Below the pieces are notes generated by a model. The model searched no databases. It saw only the letters and a program-made list of their open reading frames with translations, and was not told the DNA's origin. Below, in pieces: positions 1-8,853 of a DNA stretch of 64,000 nucleotides. A program made the translations under genes and the position numbers. Source of the DNA: a virus; the IMG/VR virus record IMGVR_UViG_3300037466_003379, positions 32,001 to 96,000 of that record. One strand, given 5' to 3'. Within the stretch, counting starts at the first letter, position 1. Each line of letters starts with the position of its first letter.

Positions 1-443
1 AGCCCCGTCGCCGGGTCGAACGTGAGGCCCGGCCACACCAGGTCCTCGAACAGCGGGTTCTCCTGCATCACCGTCACGACCGCGCGGGCGGCGTTCCGGT
101 CGTGCGTCGGCCGGATGTCGACCGCATCGGCCGGCAGGAGCAGCGCGGCGGTGAGCTGCGGGGCGATGTTCATCGCCGAGCGCGTGGTCTGCCGTCCGCC
201 TGGCGCGCACACGATCGTCGCCCGCCACCCGTCGGGGATCTGCTCGACGTCGACCAGCCGCGAGTTCGGCAGCAGCCCGTTCGGCCCCGACACGTGGGCC
301 GCCCACTGGGCCTCCAGCCACGTCGCGTACTCGTCGAGCTCGGGCTCGAGCACGGGCGCCGGCGCGCGCAGCTCCCACCTCCGCCAGTACGGCCACGACG
401 CCGCGGCCATGCCGAGGGCGCAGAGGGTGTCCGGATCAAGCAT
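1..443 (-). CDS. TraB/FtsK-SpoIIIE-like plasmid transfer protein, N-proximal part (runs off the window)
   Basis: Not in the ORF track. Hand translation: MLDPDTLCALGMAAASWPYWRRWELR...WAAHVSGPNGLLPNSRL...AVDIRPTHDRNAARAVVTVMQENPLFEDLVWPGLTFDPATG. This resembles the segment preceding the ATPase domain in actinomycete TraB proteins. Walker motifs would lie outside the window. Confidence 0.6.
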   Translation of the reverse strand, partial: MLDPDTLCALGMAAASWPYWRRWELRAPAPVLEPELDEYATWLEAQWAAHVSGPNGLLPNSRLVDVEQIPDGWRATIVCAPGGRQTTRSAMNIAPQLTAALLLPADAVDIRPTHDRNAARAVVTVMQENPLFEDLVWPGLTFDPATG

Positions 444-777
444 CGGCAGCCACCCACAGAGCCCAGACCGCGGCGAAGCCGCCGAACAGAGCGGCCTCCC
501 CGGGGTGGCGGCGCCGCATCCGGGCCTGCCCGACCAGGACGACGGCGGCGATCAGGACGAGCATCGCGACCGACCACGGCGACTGGCCGTGCCGGGCGGC
601 GAGGCGCTCGACGAGCGTGCAGCCCCACACGAGGGCGATCCCGACGAGCGGAGCCAGGCCGCGGCGCGCACGGAACAGGCGCGACCGCAGCCGGGACATC
701 GCGGACGGCTTCGGCTCCGGCATCTGCGGGACGACGTAGATCGGGGCGGCGGGCTTGGCCTTCGACCAGAGCGCCAC
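436..777 (-). CDS. Membrane protein; possibly the detached N-terminal TM region of the TraB-like protein
   Basis: RBS AAGGAGAG before GTG; about 3 hydrophobic segments; stop overlaps the downstream ATG (ATGCTTGA). Confidence 0.65.
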   Translation of the reverse strand: MALWSKAKPAAPIYVVPQMPEPKPSAMSRLRSRLFRARRGLAPLVGIALVWGCTLVERLAARHGQSPWSVAMLVLIAAVVLVGQARMRRRHPGEAALFGGFAAVWALWVAADA

Positions 778-866
778 GGCTGCTCTCCTTCGTGCTGGTG
801 GCCCGACCCGGCCCCGGGGAAGCGGGGTCGGGTCGGGCCGGTGGGGTGGTGCCCTGCGAACAGGTC

Positions 867-1931
867 TCAGGCGGACTGATCCAGGTAGGCGTCACGCTGT
901 GCGGCGTGCTGCGCCTCCTGGTGCGCGGCGAGCAGGTTCCCGTGCCGCATGTGCACGTTCGTCTGCACCGTCGCGGCGTGCTCCTGCAGCTCGACGAACT
1001 CGGCCAGAGACGCCGGGTCCATGTCCTTCGCCGACAGGCCCTCACCCATCGCGGCGAGGTCGGCATTGAACTGGTTCACCAGCCGGTAGAAGGCGGGGAT
1101 CGACGCGGCGTCCCGGTCGACGTTCGCGTTGGTGTTGGTCGGTGCAGTCACGGGGGTGGTCCCTTCGGTGTCAGCCGCCGGGGCGGCCGGGGAGGTGGTC
1201 GGGTCGGTCGGTTGGGAGGCGCCGTCGCCGCCCTTCGGGGTCGGTGTCGGCTGCGGTGCAGCCGGGGTCGGATCGGCCGTACGGCCCAGATCGCGGGGGC
1301 CGCTGTTCGGAGGAGTGCCGTCCGGCGTGCGGGGCCGGTTCTGGACTCCGCATGCGCACTGGTCGCACTGGCAGCCCCGGGCCCCGTCGGTGTCGCGGTC
1401 GAGCGACAGGTGCCCGCACGCCGGGCAGGTGACGCGCCGGTCGCGCCGCCGGACCGCTGCGGATCGGTGGTCGGTGCCGGGCGGGAACCGGCGGCGGTCC
1501 CACTCGGCCTGCTGCAGCTCCCGCTGCCGCCGCCGCTTCGCCGCGGTAACCGCGTCAGAGCCGTAGTCGGCCACGTCCTCGACGCGGTCACGGAACCAGG
1601 CGAGCGGGCCGCGCTTCCCGCTGGACGAGCCGAACGGCTGAGCCTGGCGCATCCGGCGCCTGGACGACGCGGCCGGCCTGGACGACGTCCAGCCTCCAGC
1701 CGTCCCGCCTCCAGGGCTGGACGTCCAGCCGGAGCTGGACGGGCTGGACGTCCTGGACGATCCAGTCCCACGGGATCCAGCCGTCCCGCCCGCCCGGGTC
1801 CGACCGGAGCTGGACGAGCTGGACGACCCGTTCCCGGTGATCAGCCCTCCAGGCGTCCCGAGGGCGTCCAGGTGTCCAGTCGCCCGCATGATCCAGTAGG
1901 CGATCAGGACGCAGCCGAAGAACGGGTCCAT
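867..1931 (-). CDS. Transfer-region protein (TraA-like architecture), low-complexity middle, CxxC cluster
   Basis: ATG at 1931 coupled by TGATG to the upstream gene; helical C-terminus of the kind that precedes traB in actinomycete elements. Confidence 0.6.
   Translation of the reverse strand: MDPFFGCVLIAYWIMRATGHLDALGTPGGLITGNGSSSSSSSGRTRAGGTAGSRGTGSSRTSSPSSSGWTSSPGGGTAGGWTSSRPAASSRRRMRQAQPFGSSSGKRGPLAWFRDRVEDVADYGSDAVTAAKRRRQRELQQAEWDRRRFPPGTDHRSAAVRRRDRRVTCPACGHLSLDRDTDGARGCQCDQCACGVQNRPRTPDGTPPNSGPRDLGRTADPTPAAPQPTPTPKGGDGASQPTDPTTSPAAPAADTEGTTPVTAPTNTNANVDRDAASIPAFYRLVNQFNADLAAMGEGLSAKDMDPASLAEFVELQEHAATVQTNVHMRHGNLLAAHQEAQHAAQRDAYLDQSA
1621..1871. repeat. CTGGACG/CGTCCAG repeat array 1 (intragenic)
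   Basis: Hand count: 9 CTGGACG and 3 CGTCCAG in about 250 bp. Confidence 0.85.
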
Positions 1932-2341
1932 CAGCGCACCGCTCCGGACACGAGGTTGGACGCCCCGTTGGACAGGCTGTGCGACGCCGTCGAGACGATG
2001 CCCGGGATGGTGCCGCCGACGCTGGCCGCGACGATCGGCAGGAGCAGCGCGGCGACGGCGGTCATGCGGGTCGCGGCGCCCTTGTGCTTCGGCCACAGGT
2101 CGTGGACGACGACGAACAGCAGCACGATGAACAGCAGCACGCCGATCCCGGCGCCGATGATTGCGCCGGCGAGGCCGAGGAACATCGACAGCAGGCTCCC
2201 CAATCCGCCACCGGCGAATGCACCCCCTGCGGCGAACCACAGAAGCGCCGTGAATTTCGGCATCTTCCGCTTCCACATCAGAAGTGCGCCGAGGACCAGG
2301 AGCACGAGCCCGGTCAGCGAGAATCCGAGTGCCTGGAGCAT
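1931..2341 (-). CDS. Multi-pass membrane protein (spread/transfer accessory-like)
   Basis: MLQALGFSLTGLVLLVLG...; about 4 TM segments; TGATG coupling. Confidence 0.75.
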   Translation of the reverse strand: MLQALGFSLTGLVLLVLGALLMWKRKMPKFTALLWFAAGGAFAGGGLGSLLSMFLGLAGAIIGAGIGVLLFIVLLFVVVHDLWPKHKGAATRMTAVAALLLPIVAASVGGTIPGIVSTASHSLSNGASNLVSGAVR

Positions 2342-2841
2342 CAGCCGGTCACCCCTCCGACGGTCTTCACGATGAGCACGAGCGCGATCAGTGCGGCCGC
2401 GACTCCGGCGCGGGCCTTCCGCTCGAACAGGAACGCGGCGAAGTACAGGACGACGGTCGCGGGAACGGACCCGACCGCGAAGGGCAGGTCGAGGAGCGCG
2501 CACTCCCAGCGGCGGCCCGCCGCCCAGGACTCGCTGACGGCCTCGCAGTGGTAGCTGAGGACCTCCGCGGGGCTCGGGGGGCGCTGCTCCCAGAACGTGC
2601 CCGCCCGGCCGTCCTCGGGGGCGCTGGGGGCCTCCCCGGTGCCGCGGTGGCCGTCCCGGAACGGGCTGGAGAGCGCGCCCCAGACGGAGCGGCCTCGCGT
2701 ACGCGTGCGCGCGGGCGCGCGCGGCCCCGCGTTGGACCCCTCGGGGGTGGGGGCCTCCGGGTTGCCGTTGCCGTTGCCGTTGCCCCCCTCCCCCGCGGGG
2801 TAGGCGGGCTGCCAGGTCGACTCGTCGGCGGTCGTGGTCAT
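2341..2841 (-). CDS. Membrane protein, transfer region
   Basis: MTTTADESTW...; ATGA overlap; two C-terminal TM segments. Confidence 0.7.
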   Translation of the reverse strand: MTTTADESTWQPAYPAGEGGNGNGNGNPEAPTPEGSNAGPRAPARTRTRGRSVWGALSSPFRDGHRGTGEAPSAPEDGRAGTFWEQRPPSPAEVLSYHCEAVSESWAAGRRWECALLDLPFAVGSVPATVVLYFAAFLFERKARAGVAAALIALVLIVKTVGGVTG

Positions 2842-3089
2842 GCTGCCGATCCCTTCGTCTCGATCGCGGCGATGAGGCCGCCGATGGTCGTGAGCGCTTC
2901 CTCGGCGAGGGCCTGGACGAGCGCGGGCGGTGCGTGGCGGATGACGGCGGCGAGGTGCTCGCCGCGGACCCGGACGGCGGCGGCCGGGTCGGGGGCCTGG
3001 GCGACCCGCTCGTCGAAGAACGTGGTCCGGCGCGTGGCCGCGGCGACGGGGCCGAGGACCTTGCCGGTGATCTTGCGCCTTCCGGGCAT
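2838..3089 (-). CDS. Hypothetical protein
   Basis: Coding-like ORF, translationally coupled, RBS GGCGGAG. Confidence 0.65.
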   Translation of the reverse strand: MPGRRKITGKVLGPVAAATRRTTFFDERVAQAPDPAAAVRVRGEHLAAVIRHAPPALVQALAEEALTTIGGLIAAIETKGSAA

Positions 3090-3103
3090 TTCTCCGCCTT
3101 TTC

Positions 3104-3331
3104 TTATTTACCCGAAACGTAATTGCCGATAACATTTCCGCGGGAATCGAGCAATTCAAGCTCGTATTCGCCGACCCGGCCGCGGCCATCCCGACCAGCC
3201 ACGTTCTCCAGCGCCCTCCGCAGAACCTCGTCCGAGTCGCCCTTCGCGAAATCGACGTGGATCATGATTTCGCCGCGCTCGATCATGTAGCCATTTCGGC
3301 GGACCCGGCATTTCACCAGCTCGGCCGCCAT
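3104..3331 (-). CDS. Small hypothetical protein (lower GC)
   Basis: MAAELVKCRVRRNGY...; TGATG coupling to the upstream gene. Confidence 0.6.
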   Translation of the reverse strand: MAAELVKCRVRRNGYMIERGEIMIHVDFAKGDSDEVLRRALENVAGRDGRGRVGEYELELLDSRGNVIGNYVSGK

Positions 3332-4086
3332 CACACGGCCGCCTTCGTGAGGTGCTCGTCGGCGATCTTGATCAGCCGCTTCACCGGGCCCTCGCCGAGC
3401 CCGAGCTCCTGCATCAGCTTCGTCCGGCCGAGGCCCTCTCGGCGGAGCTTCACCGCCCGCTGGATCGTCACCCGGTCGAACTCGTCCGAGTCGCCCGGGA
3501 CGTCGTCCTGGACGTCGCCGGGACGTCCAGCGTCCAGCTCGTCCAGCTCGTCCCGTCCAGCGTCCAGCTCGTCGGGGGCGGAGCCGTCCAGCTCCTCCTG
3601 CTCGTCGCCGTCCAGCTCGTCCAGGTCCGGCCGTCCAGCGTCCAGGTCCTGGACGTCCAGCCGTCCAGCGTCCAGCCGTCCAGCGTCCTGGGCCTCCGGA
3701 CCGTCCATGTGCAGGACGGTCGCCAGGACGGGAGGCGGCAGGATCGCCAGCCCGACCGACGCGACCACCCAGGCGCCGCGTCCAGCGTCCACCGCGGCGG
3801 CGGCGTGCTCCAGCGCGTTGCCGACCATCGACACGAAGATCAGCGACAGCGACAGCCGACGGCCGACGGTCCGCTCGGTCGCAGTCGAGCTGCGCCGGCG
3901 CCAGGCGATCGTCCCGGCGAGCGCGCCCGCGTCGATCAGGACGGGCACGAGCCACGCGGAGTGCTCGGCGACACCGACGCGGACCGCGAGCGCCGCCAGG
4001 GCGTCGAAGCTCAGCCACGCACAGGCGACCGCCACGGCGAGCCGCGAGAGCGCCAGCGGGGCGCGGTCAGTGATCTTGCTCCACAC
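3331..4086 (-). CDS. DUF2637-like (Spd-type spread) membrane protein with C-terminal HTH-like segment
   Basis: WLSFDALAALA...AWLVPVLIDAG motif, 4 TM, acidic LDAGR repeats, C-terminal GLGRTKLMQELGLG; GTG with GAGAGG RBS. Confidence 0.7.
   Translation of the reverse strand: MWSKITDRAPLALSRLAVAVACAWLSFDALAALAVRVGVAEHSAWLVPVLIDAGALAGTIAWRRRSSTATERTVGRRLSLSLIFVSMVGNALEHAAAAVDAGRGAWVVASVGLAILPPPVLATVLHMDGPEAQDAGRLDAGRLDVQDLDAGRPDLDELDGDEQEELDGSAPDELDAGRDELDELDAGRPGDVQDDVPGDSDEFDRVTIQRAVKLRREGLGRTKLMQELGLGEGPVKRLIKIADEHLTKAAV
3508..3785. repeat. CGTCCAG(C) repeat array 2 (intragenic)
   Basis: Hand count: 14 CGTCCAG in 3524-3683, one more at 3779, and 2 inverted copies. Confidence 0.9.
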
Positions 4087-4150
4087 GGTGGAACCTCTCG
4101 GGGTTGCGTGCGCGCGGTCGCGCACGGGCGCGTGCACGCGCGAGGACGGG

Positions 4151-4555
4151 TCAGGCAGCAGCACGCCGGCGACGGCGGACGCTGCGGATCGGAATGACGG
4201 GGGCGAGGCCCTGGGAGGCCGGAGGGGTCGGGCCGACGCGGAGCCACGCCCGCAGCTCCGGGCCGATGCGGTACCGCCAGACGACGAGGAACACCGCCGT
4301 CCCACCGGACGCCCACGCCCCGGCGGTCCCACCGAGGTGCGCCAGCTCGTACGTGGACGCGGCGATCCACAGCACGCACGCCGGGGCCGGGCTCATGCCG
4401 TCTCCGATCGGAGCGACCTTCGGGACGGGCCCGAACATCCGGACCAGCCGCCGCGCGGTGAGCCGCCGGGCCGACCGGCGGACCGCTCGCAGCTCGGGGC
4501 CGTCCGGCACGTCGGCCAGGCAGCGGCCGTCCTCGTCGCGCTCGCGCTCGATCAC
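4151..4555 (-). CDS. Membrane protein
   Basis: GTGA overlap with the upstream stop; two hydrophobic segments. Confidence 0.55.
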   Translation of the reverse strand: MIERERDEDGRCLADVPDGPELRAVRRSARRLTARRLVRMFGPVPKVAPIGDGMSPAPACVLWIAASTYELAHLGGTAGAWASGGTAVFLVVWRYRIGPELRAWLRVGPTPPASQGLAPVIPIRSVRRRRRAAA

Positions 4556-4839
4556 AGCTTCGCCAGCTTCCAGGTGCCCAGCAGCGCGGCAGGAGCGAAC
4601 AGGGCGAACGGCGCGGCCAGCGCCACCGGCAGGCCGCCGGTCGCGGTCGCCACGTGGTCGCCGATCAGGCCGAAGAAGGCCAGGACCAGCGCCGCCATCA
4701 CCCACCGCACGACCGCGGCCTCCGGCAGCGGCGGCGCCGGGGCGCACGGGTCGAACGGCTCATCGTCATCGTCGACGGTCCAGGGGTTGAGGTCGTCGGG
4801 CTGGGGCTGGGGCTGGGCTTCGGGGTCCGTGCAGGTCAC
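4552..4839 (-). CDS. Small two-TM membrane protein, first gene of the transfer-like operon
   Basis: GGAGG RBS, acidic N-terminus, 2 TM. Confidence 0.65.
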   Translation of the reverse strand: MTCTDPEAQPQPQPDDLNPWTVDDDDEPFDPCAPAPPLPEAAVVRWVMAALVLAFFGLIGDHVATATGGLPVALAAPFALFAPAALLGTWKLAKL

Positions 4840-5082
4840 GGGTACCTCCGGGTTTCGCGTGCTCGGGTACGCGCACGGCGGCGTGCGCGCGTAAGGGATT
4901 CCGGCCGCTCCCGCCAGGGACCCGAGGGGGGACCCGGTCCGGCCAGCGGGAGCGGCCGATGAGCCGAGTATTCACACGACGACTGAATCACGCTAGGGTC
5001 ACCCCACAGATTCACTGGACGATTGACTCGATTGGAGCAGCGGGAGACACTGACCCGGCCAACACCGGGAAGGGGACCCCCG

Positions 5083-5469
5083 TTGAAGATCACGACCCTG
5101 CGCACCCTCGCAGGCACGCCAGGCTGCTCGGACTTTCCGACCTGCCCCGGCGTGCACGACCTCGACACGGACCCGGAGCACCGCTACGTGATCGCGAAGA
5201 CCATCACCGACCCGACCGAGCTGGCCGCCTTCGCGGGCGAGCTCGGCGACGGCGAGGTCCCCGGCTGGATGCCTGCAGGCTTCCTTCCCGCCGGCAACGA
5301 GGTCTTCACCCGCACCCGCCGCCTCTGGCAGTCGGGTATGCGCTCGGACCGCGACTACGTGATCACCACGCTGGTCACCGATGCCGCCGTGCTGCAGGAG
5401 TTCGCGCCGCTGATGGCCGCGGACGAGCACCTCGGTACGGTGCCCGTCCGCGCGCTGCTGGAGGTGTGA
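5083..5469 (+). CDS. Small partner of DUF6879 (internally duplicated)
   Basis: TTG start after GGAAGGGG; CxxxxxCP motif; two copies of YVI-x4-TD-x2-(E/V)L. Confidence 0.65.
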   Translation: MKITTLRTLAGTPGCSDFPTCPGVHDLDTDPEHRYVIAKTITDPTELAAFAGELGDGEVPGWMPAGFLPAGNEVFTRTRRLWQSGMRSDRDYVITTLVTDAAVLQEFAPLMAADEHLGTVPVRALLEV

Positions 5470-5472
5470 CCG

Positions 5473-6036
5473 ATGGGTGAGCTGCTCGATGTGCAGGGCC
5501 TGGTCGACGTGCTGAACGAGGGCTCCAGCTCCTCCGGTGACGTGATCTTCCGGCTGGAGCAGATCCCTGAGTACACGGTCGAGTCCGACGGCGGCGACTT
5601 CCAGGCGTGGTCCCGCGGCGTCCGGGAGCCGAACTGGGACCGCAAGCGCGGCTACACGGACCTCCTGGAGGCCCGCACCGCAGCCGGGGTCACCTCGCAG
5701 CGCGTGCGCGTCTTCTCGCCGAACCTGACCGACTACGAGCGCTACGCCTGCGAGTGGGGCTACGCGATCAACGGCCAGTACGGCGAGGACATCCGCGTGC
5801 TGCACCGCGGCGAGCATCGCGTGCCGCCGCTCCTCGGCTTCGACTACTGGCTCCTCGGCCGCGAGACCGTGGTGCGCATGCACTACGACGAGGTCGGTCG
5901 CTTCTGCGGCGCCGAGCTGGCGCCCGAGCTGCTCCGCCAGGTCCTCCGCGAGCGCGACGCGCTGTGGCAGGTCGCGGAGCCGTTCGACACCTGGTACCAG
6001 CAGCACCCCGAGTTCAGACGGCGATTGGCGGCCTGA
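5473..6036 (+). CDS. DUF6879-like protein
   Basis: FRLEQIPEY, QRVRVFSPNLTDYERY, GEDIRVL, DYWLLG, MHYD motifs. Confidence 0.75.
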   Translation: MGELLDVQGLVDVLNEGSSSSGDVIFRLEQIPEYTVESDGGDFQAWSRGVREPNWDRKRGYTDLLEARTAAGVTSQRVRVFSPNLTDYERYACEWGYAINGQYGEDIRVLHRGEHRVPPLLGFDYWLLGRETVVRMHYDEVGRFCGAELAPELLRQVLRERDALWQVAEPFDTWYQQHPEFRRRLAA

Positions 6037-6042
6037 CCTGCG

Positions 6043-6894
6043 ATGACAGACAGCACTGCGGAGGAGCGGTCCGAGCGGAAGTTCGGGCCGCTCCTTCGTG
6101 CTGCACGGGAGGCGGCCGAGCTCCGCCAGCGGGACGTCGCGGACCGCAGCGGCATCCCGCAGACCCGGCTGTCCCGCATGGAGAAGGACCCGCCGCTGGC
6201 CATGCCCACGCCGGAGCAGGCTCGCACGCTGGCCGACCTCTACCAGCTCGACGACGATGACCGCGCGTTCATCCTCCAGGCCGCAGACGACCACGCAGGC
6301 CGGAAGGACCGCCGCTATCACGTCATGGCCGGGACGAACGTCCTCAGCACGCAGCGGCTGTTCACGCTCCTCGAGCGGGAGGCCAAGCGTCTCCGGGCCT
6401 TCTCTGCCGGCGTCGTCCCCGGATCCGCGCAGACACCCCGGTACGTCGCCGCGATCATGGGCGAGGACGACGAGGCCGGGCCCAGCACGCAGGCGCGGCT
6501 CCCCCGGCTGATCGGGCATCCGGCGAACGCCGGCAAGCAGTACGAGCTGGTCCTCACCGAGTCGGCCGCCGTCATCGCGCTCGCCGCGGACAACGTGATG
6601 GCCGAGCAGTTCGAGGAGCTGGTCCGTCTCTCGGAGCGCCCGAACGTCGACCTCCGGATCATCCGGCGCGGTACGCGGCTCACGCCCTGGACGGTCCCCG
6701 CCATCACCATCTACGACGACGGCCCGGTGGTCCTCGGCCAGCTCCTCGACGGGTACATCCGGTTCGACGAGGGCGAGGACCTCGCCACGAAGTACATCGC
6801 CGAGTTCGAGCGACTGCAGGCCGCGGCGGCAGGTGGCGACGAGGCACGCGAGGCACTCCGGGACATCGCAGCCTGGTATCGGTCGCGGGATTGA
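6043..6894 (+). CDS. XRE-family HTH regulator with DUF5753-like C-terminal domain
   Basis: LRAAREAAELRQRDVADRSGIPQTRLSRME HTH; VPGSAQTPRY, VMAEQFEEL, PNVDLRII. Confidence 0.85.
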   Translation: MTDSTAEERSERKFGPLLRAAREAAELRQRDVADRSGIPQTRLSRMEKDPPLAMPTPEQARTLADLYQLDDDDRAFILQAADDHAGRKDRRYHVMAGTNVLSTQRLFTLLEREAKRLRAFSAGVVPGSAQTPRYVAAIMGEDDEAGPSTQARLPRLIGHPANAGKQYELVLTESAAVIALAADNVMAEQFEELVRLSERPNVDLRIIRRGTRLTPWTVPAITIYDDGPVVLGQLLDGYIRFDEGEDLATKYIAEFERLQAAAAGGDEAREALRDIAAWYRSRD

Positions 6895-6973
6895 TCCGGC
6901 GCGCCCTCTGGCCAGCGGGCTGAGGCTGGGTTACATTATACCGGTAAACCGGACCGCCGACTTAGGAGGGCTC

Positions 6974-7333
6974 ATGCCCAGGCCCCTGCCGCTGCCGACG
7001 CACGAGCCCGACGCCGAGGCCCGCGAGATCATCGACCGCATCTACGCCTACGCCCGCGACACCGACGACGACACCACCAGCGAGGAACGACTCCAGCGCC
7101 TGGCCTCCGCCATGCACATCTGGATCGCCGCCGAGGCCAGCTGGGAGCACGTCCTCGTCGAAGCCAAGAGCCAGGCCAACCCCGGCTGGCTCTCCTGGGA
7201 CCGCCTGGTCGAGAAGACGAAGATGCGGCTCTCCACGATGCAGGACCGCATCGGCAAGGGCCCGGCCCGGTACCGCGCCACCCAGGTCCACCACGAGCTG
7301 CCCTCCCCCCGGCGTAGCCGCGAGGTCGCGTAG
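6974..7333 (+). CDS. Hypothetical protein, possible C-terminal HTH
   Basis: TTAGGAGG RBS before ATG 6974; SWDRLVEKTKMRLSTMQDRI is HTH-like. Confidence 0.65.
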   Translation: MPRPLPLPTHEPDAEAREIIDRIYAYARDTDDDTTSEERLQRLASAMHIWIAAEASWEHVLVEAKSQANPGWLSWDRLVEKTKMRLSTMQDRIGKGPARYRATQVHHELPSPRRSREVA

Positions 7334-7373
7334 CCCCTCCCCGCTCCGCTCCGGCGGTAGCGGTCTGACCTGC

Positions 7374-7638
7374 GTGTTGCACTGCAACATCGCGACATAG
7401 GAACACCCGCACACTGCGACGGCGTCACGGTGTGCGGGTGTTCTGCTGTTGCGGCGTTGCTCTGTCGCGTTGTGCCCCTGTCGCACCGCGACTCCGTTGC
7501 GGTGTTGCTGCGACACGCCGTTGCGCTGTGCGCCTGTCGCACCGTCACAGTGCTGCTACGTTGCCCAGCGACACTGCGACACCCGAACAGAGCAACGGTG
7601 TGCCACCCACACACCGTGTCGCTGTGCCACTGCAACAC
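7374..7638. repeat. Centromere-like (parS/parC) array of degenerate 8-bp units in alternating orientation
   Basis: Strict 8-bp phasing: CTGCAACA TCGCGACA TAGGAACA CCCGCACA CTGCGACG, then inverted TGTGCGGG TGTTCTGC TGTTGCGG CGTTGCTC TGTCGCGT; directly upstream of parA. Confidence 0.8.
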
Positions 7639-7674
7639 GACCCCAACGCGCCCGACCCGACCCCGAGGTGATCA

Positions 7675-8463
7675 GTGCCTGCCGAGACGATCTGCATGGC
7701 GAACTTCAAGGGCGGGGTCGCGAAGTCGACGACGTCCGTCAACGTGGCCGCCACGCTCGCCCAGCGCGGCCATCGGACGCTCCTGGTCGACTGCGACCCG
7801 CAGGCCAACTCCAGCGAGATGTTCCTCGACGAGGACGCCATCGAGATGGACCTCCGCTCGATCATCGTCGAGAAGGAGGAGACCGAGAAGGTCATCCAGC
7901 AGACGCGGATCGGGAACCTCGACGTCCTGCCGGCCAGCTTCGACCTGGCGTTCCTGGACAAGGAACTCGTCGTGTCGCCGAACGGCGTGCAGCGCATCGA
8001 CCGCGCGCTCCGGCCCGTCCGCGAGCTGTACGACTACATCGTGATCGACACCGGCCCGAACCTGTCGCACCTGACGCTGGGCGCGCTCGCCGCGTCCCAG
8101 CACGTCGTCATCCCGGTCTCCGCGACCGTGTGGGCGTCGAAGGGGCTGCTCAAGTTCGTCCGGTGGATCGACGGCAACCGCGACGAGGAGGTGCTCGCCG
8201 CCGAGCTTCTCGGCCTCGTCGCGACGATCGTGCAGCCGAGCACCCGGATCGGGCGCGCCCTGCTCGAGGACCTGCCGCAGTCGGGCATGCCGAGCTTCCG
8301 CACCTTCATCCCGCGGCGGATCAAGGCTGAGGACGCCGTTATGGACCGGCTCGTCGTGGGGGAGCCTGGCGTCGACATCAGCCTCACCACGGCCTATCAG
8401 GATCTGACGACCGAGCTGGTCGAGCGGATCGCGAAGGCGAAGGGGCCACGCCATGCCCGGTAA
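7675..8463 (+). CDS. parA: ParA-family partition ATPase
   Basis: Deviant Walker A KGGVAKST, LVDCDPQAN, Walker B YIVIDTGP; no N-terminal HTH (type Ib-like). Confidence 0.95.
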   Translation: MPAETICMANFKGGVAKSTTSVNVAATLAQRGHRTLLVDCDPQANSSEMFLDEDAIEMDLRSIIVEKEETEKVIQQTRIGNLDVLPASFDLAFLDKELVVSPNGVQRIDRALRPVRELYDYIVIDTGPNLSHLTLGALAASQHVVIPVSATVWASKGLLKFVRWIDGNRDEEVLAAELLGLVATIVQPSTRIGRALLEDLPQSGMPSFRTFIPRRIKAEDAVMDRLVVGEPGVDISLTTAYQDLTTELVERIAKAKGPRHAR

Positions 8464-8839
8464 GAGCCGCGGCTTCGGCGGGAACCTCCTCGGCGGGACC
8501 GTCAGGCCGATCCCTGACGACGACGAGCCGACGCCCGCGCCCACGACCACCCCGGAGCCCGCTCCGGCCCCGCCAGCGCAAGCTGAGGCGACGCAGCAGG
8601 CCGCCCCGGCGCCGCGGCCCCGAGCAGTCCCCGATCCGGAGCCGGAGCCGACCCCGGTCTCTGAGTCCAGCCGCGCTCGGAAAGGGCCGCCCGCGACCAT
8701 CCGCCTGAACGGCACGGCGGGGGAGGCTCTGTGGCAGGCGTACCTCGAAGCCAAGGCGCGCGACCACTTCCTCAGCTATCGGCAGTTCGCCTCCGACGTC
8801 GTCATGGACGGACTCATCCGCCAGAAGCGGCGCCGCTGA
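8453..8839 (+). CDS. Putative centromere-binding partner of ParA
   Basis: Overlaps the parA end; Pro-rich linker; short C-terminal strand-helix-helix (ATIRL...ALWQAYLEAK...SYRQFASDVV). Confidence 0.7.
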   Translation: MPGKSRGFGGNLLGGTVRPIPDDDEPTPAPTTTPEPAPAPPAQAEATQQAAPAPRPRAVPDPEPEPTPVSESSRARKGPPATIRLNGTAGEALWQAYLEAKARDHFLSYRQFASDVVMDGLIRQKRRR

Positions 8840-8853
8840 GCCTCTGACCAGCA

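Noticed and set aside
102-2375. Long plus-strand ORFs (757 aa here; also 14426-16771, 24424-26562, 35647-37782, 39550-41943)
   Set aside because: Antisense shadows of real minus-strand genes in high-GC DNA; Arg/Gly/Pro-rich with no motifs.
7374-7638. Possible CRISPR array or coding region (several Cys-rich ORFs in the track)
   Set aside because: Units are contiguous degenerate 8-mers with no unique spacers and no cas genes; the ORFs are by-products of the repeat.
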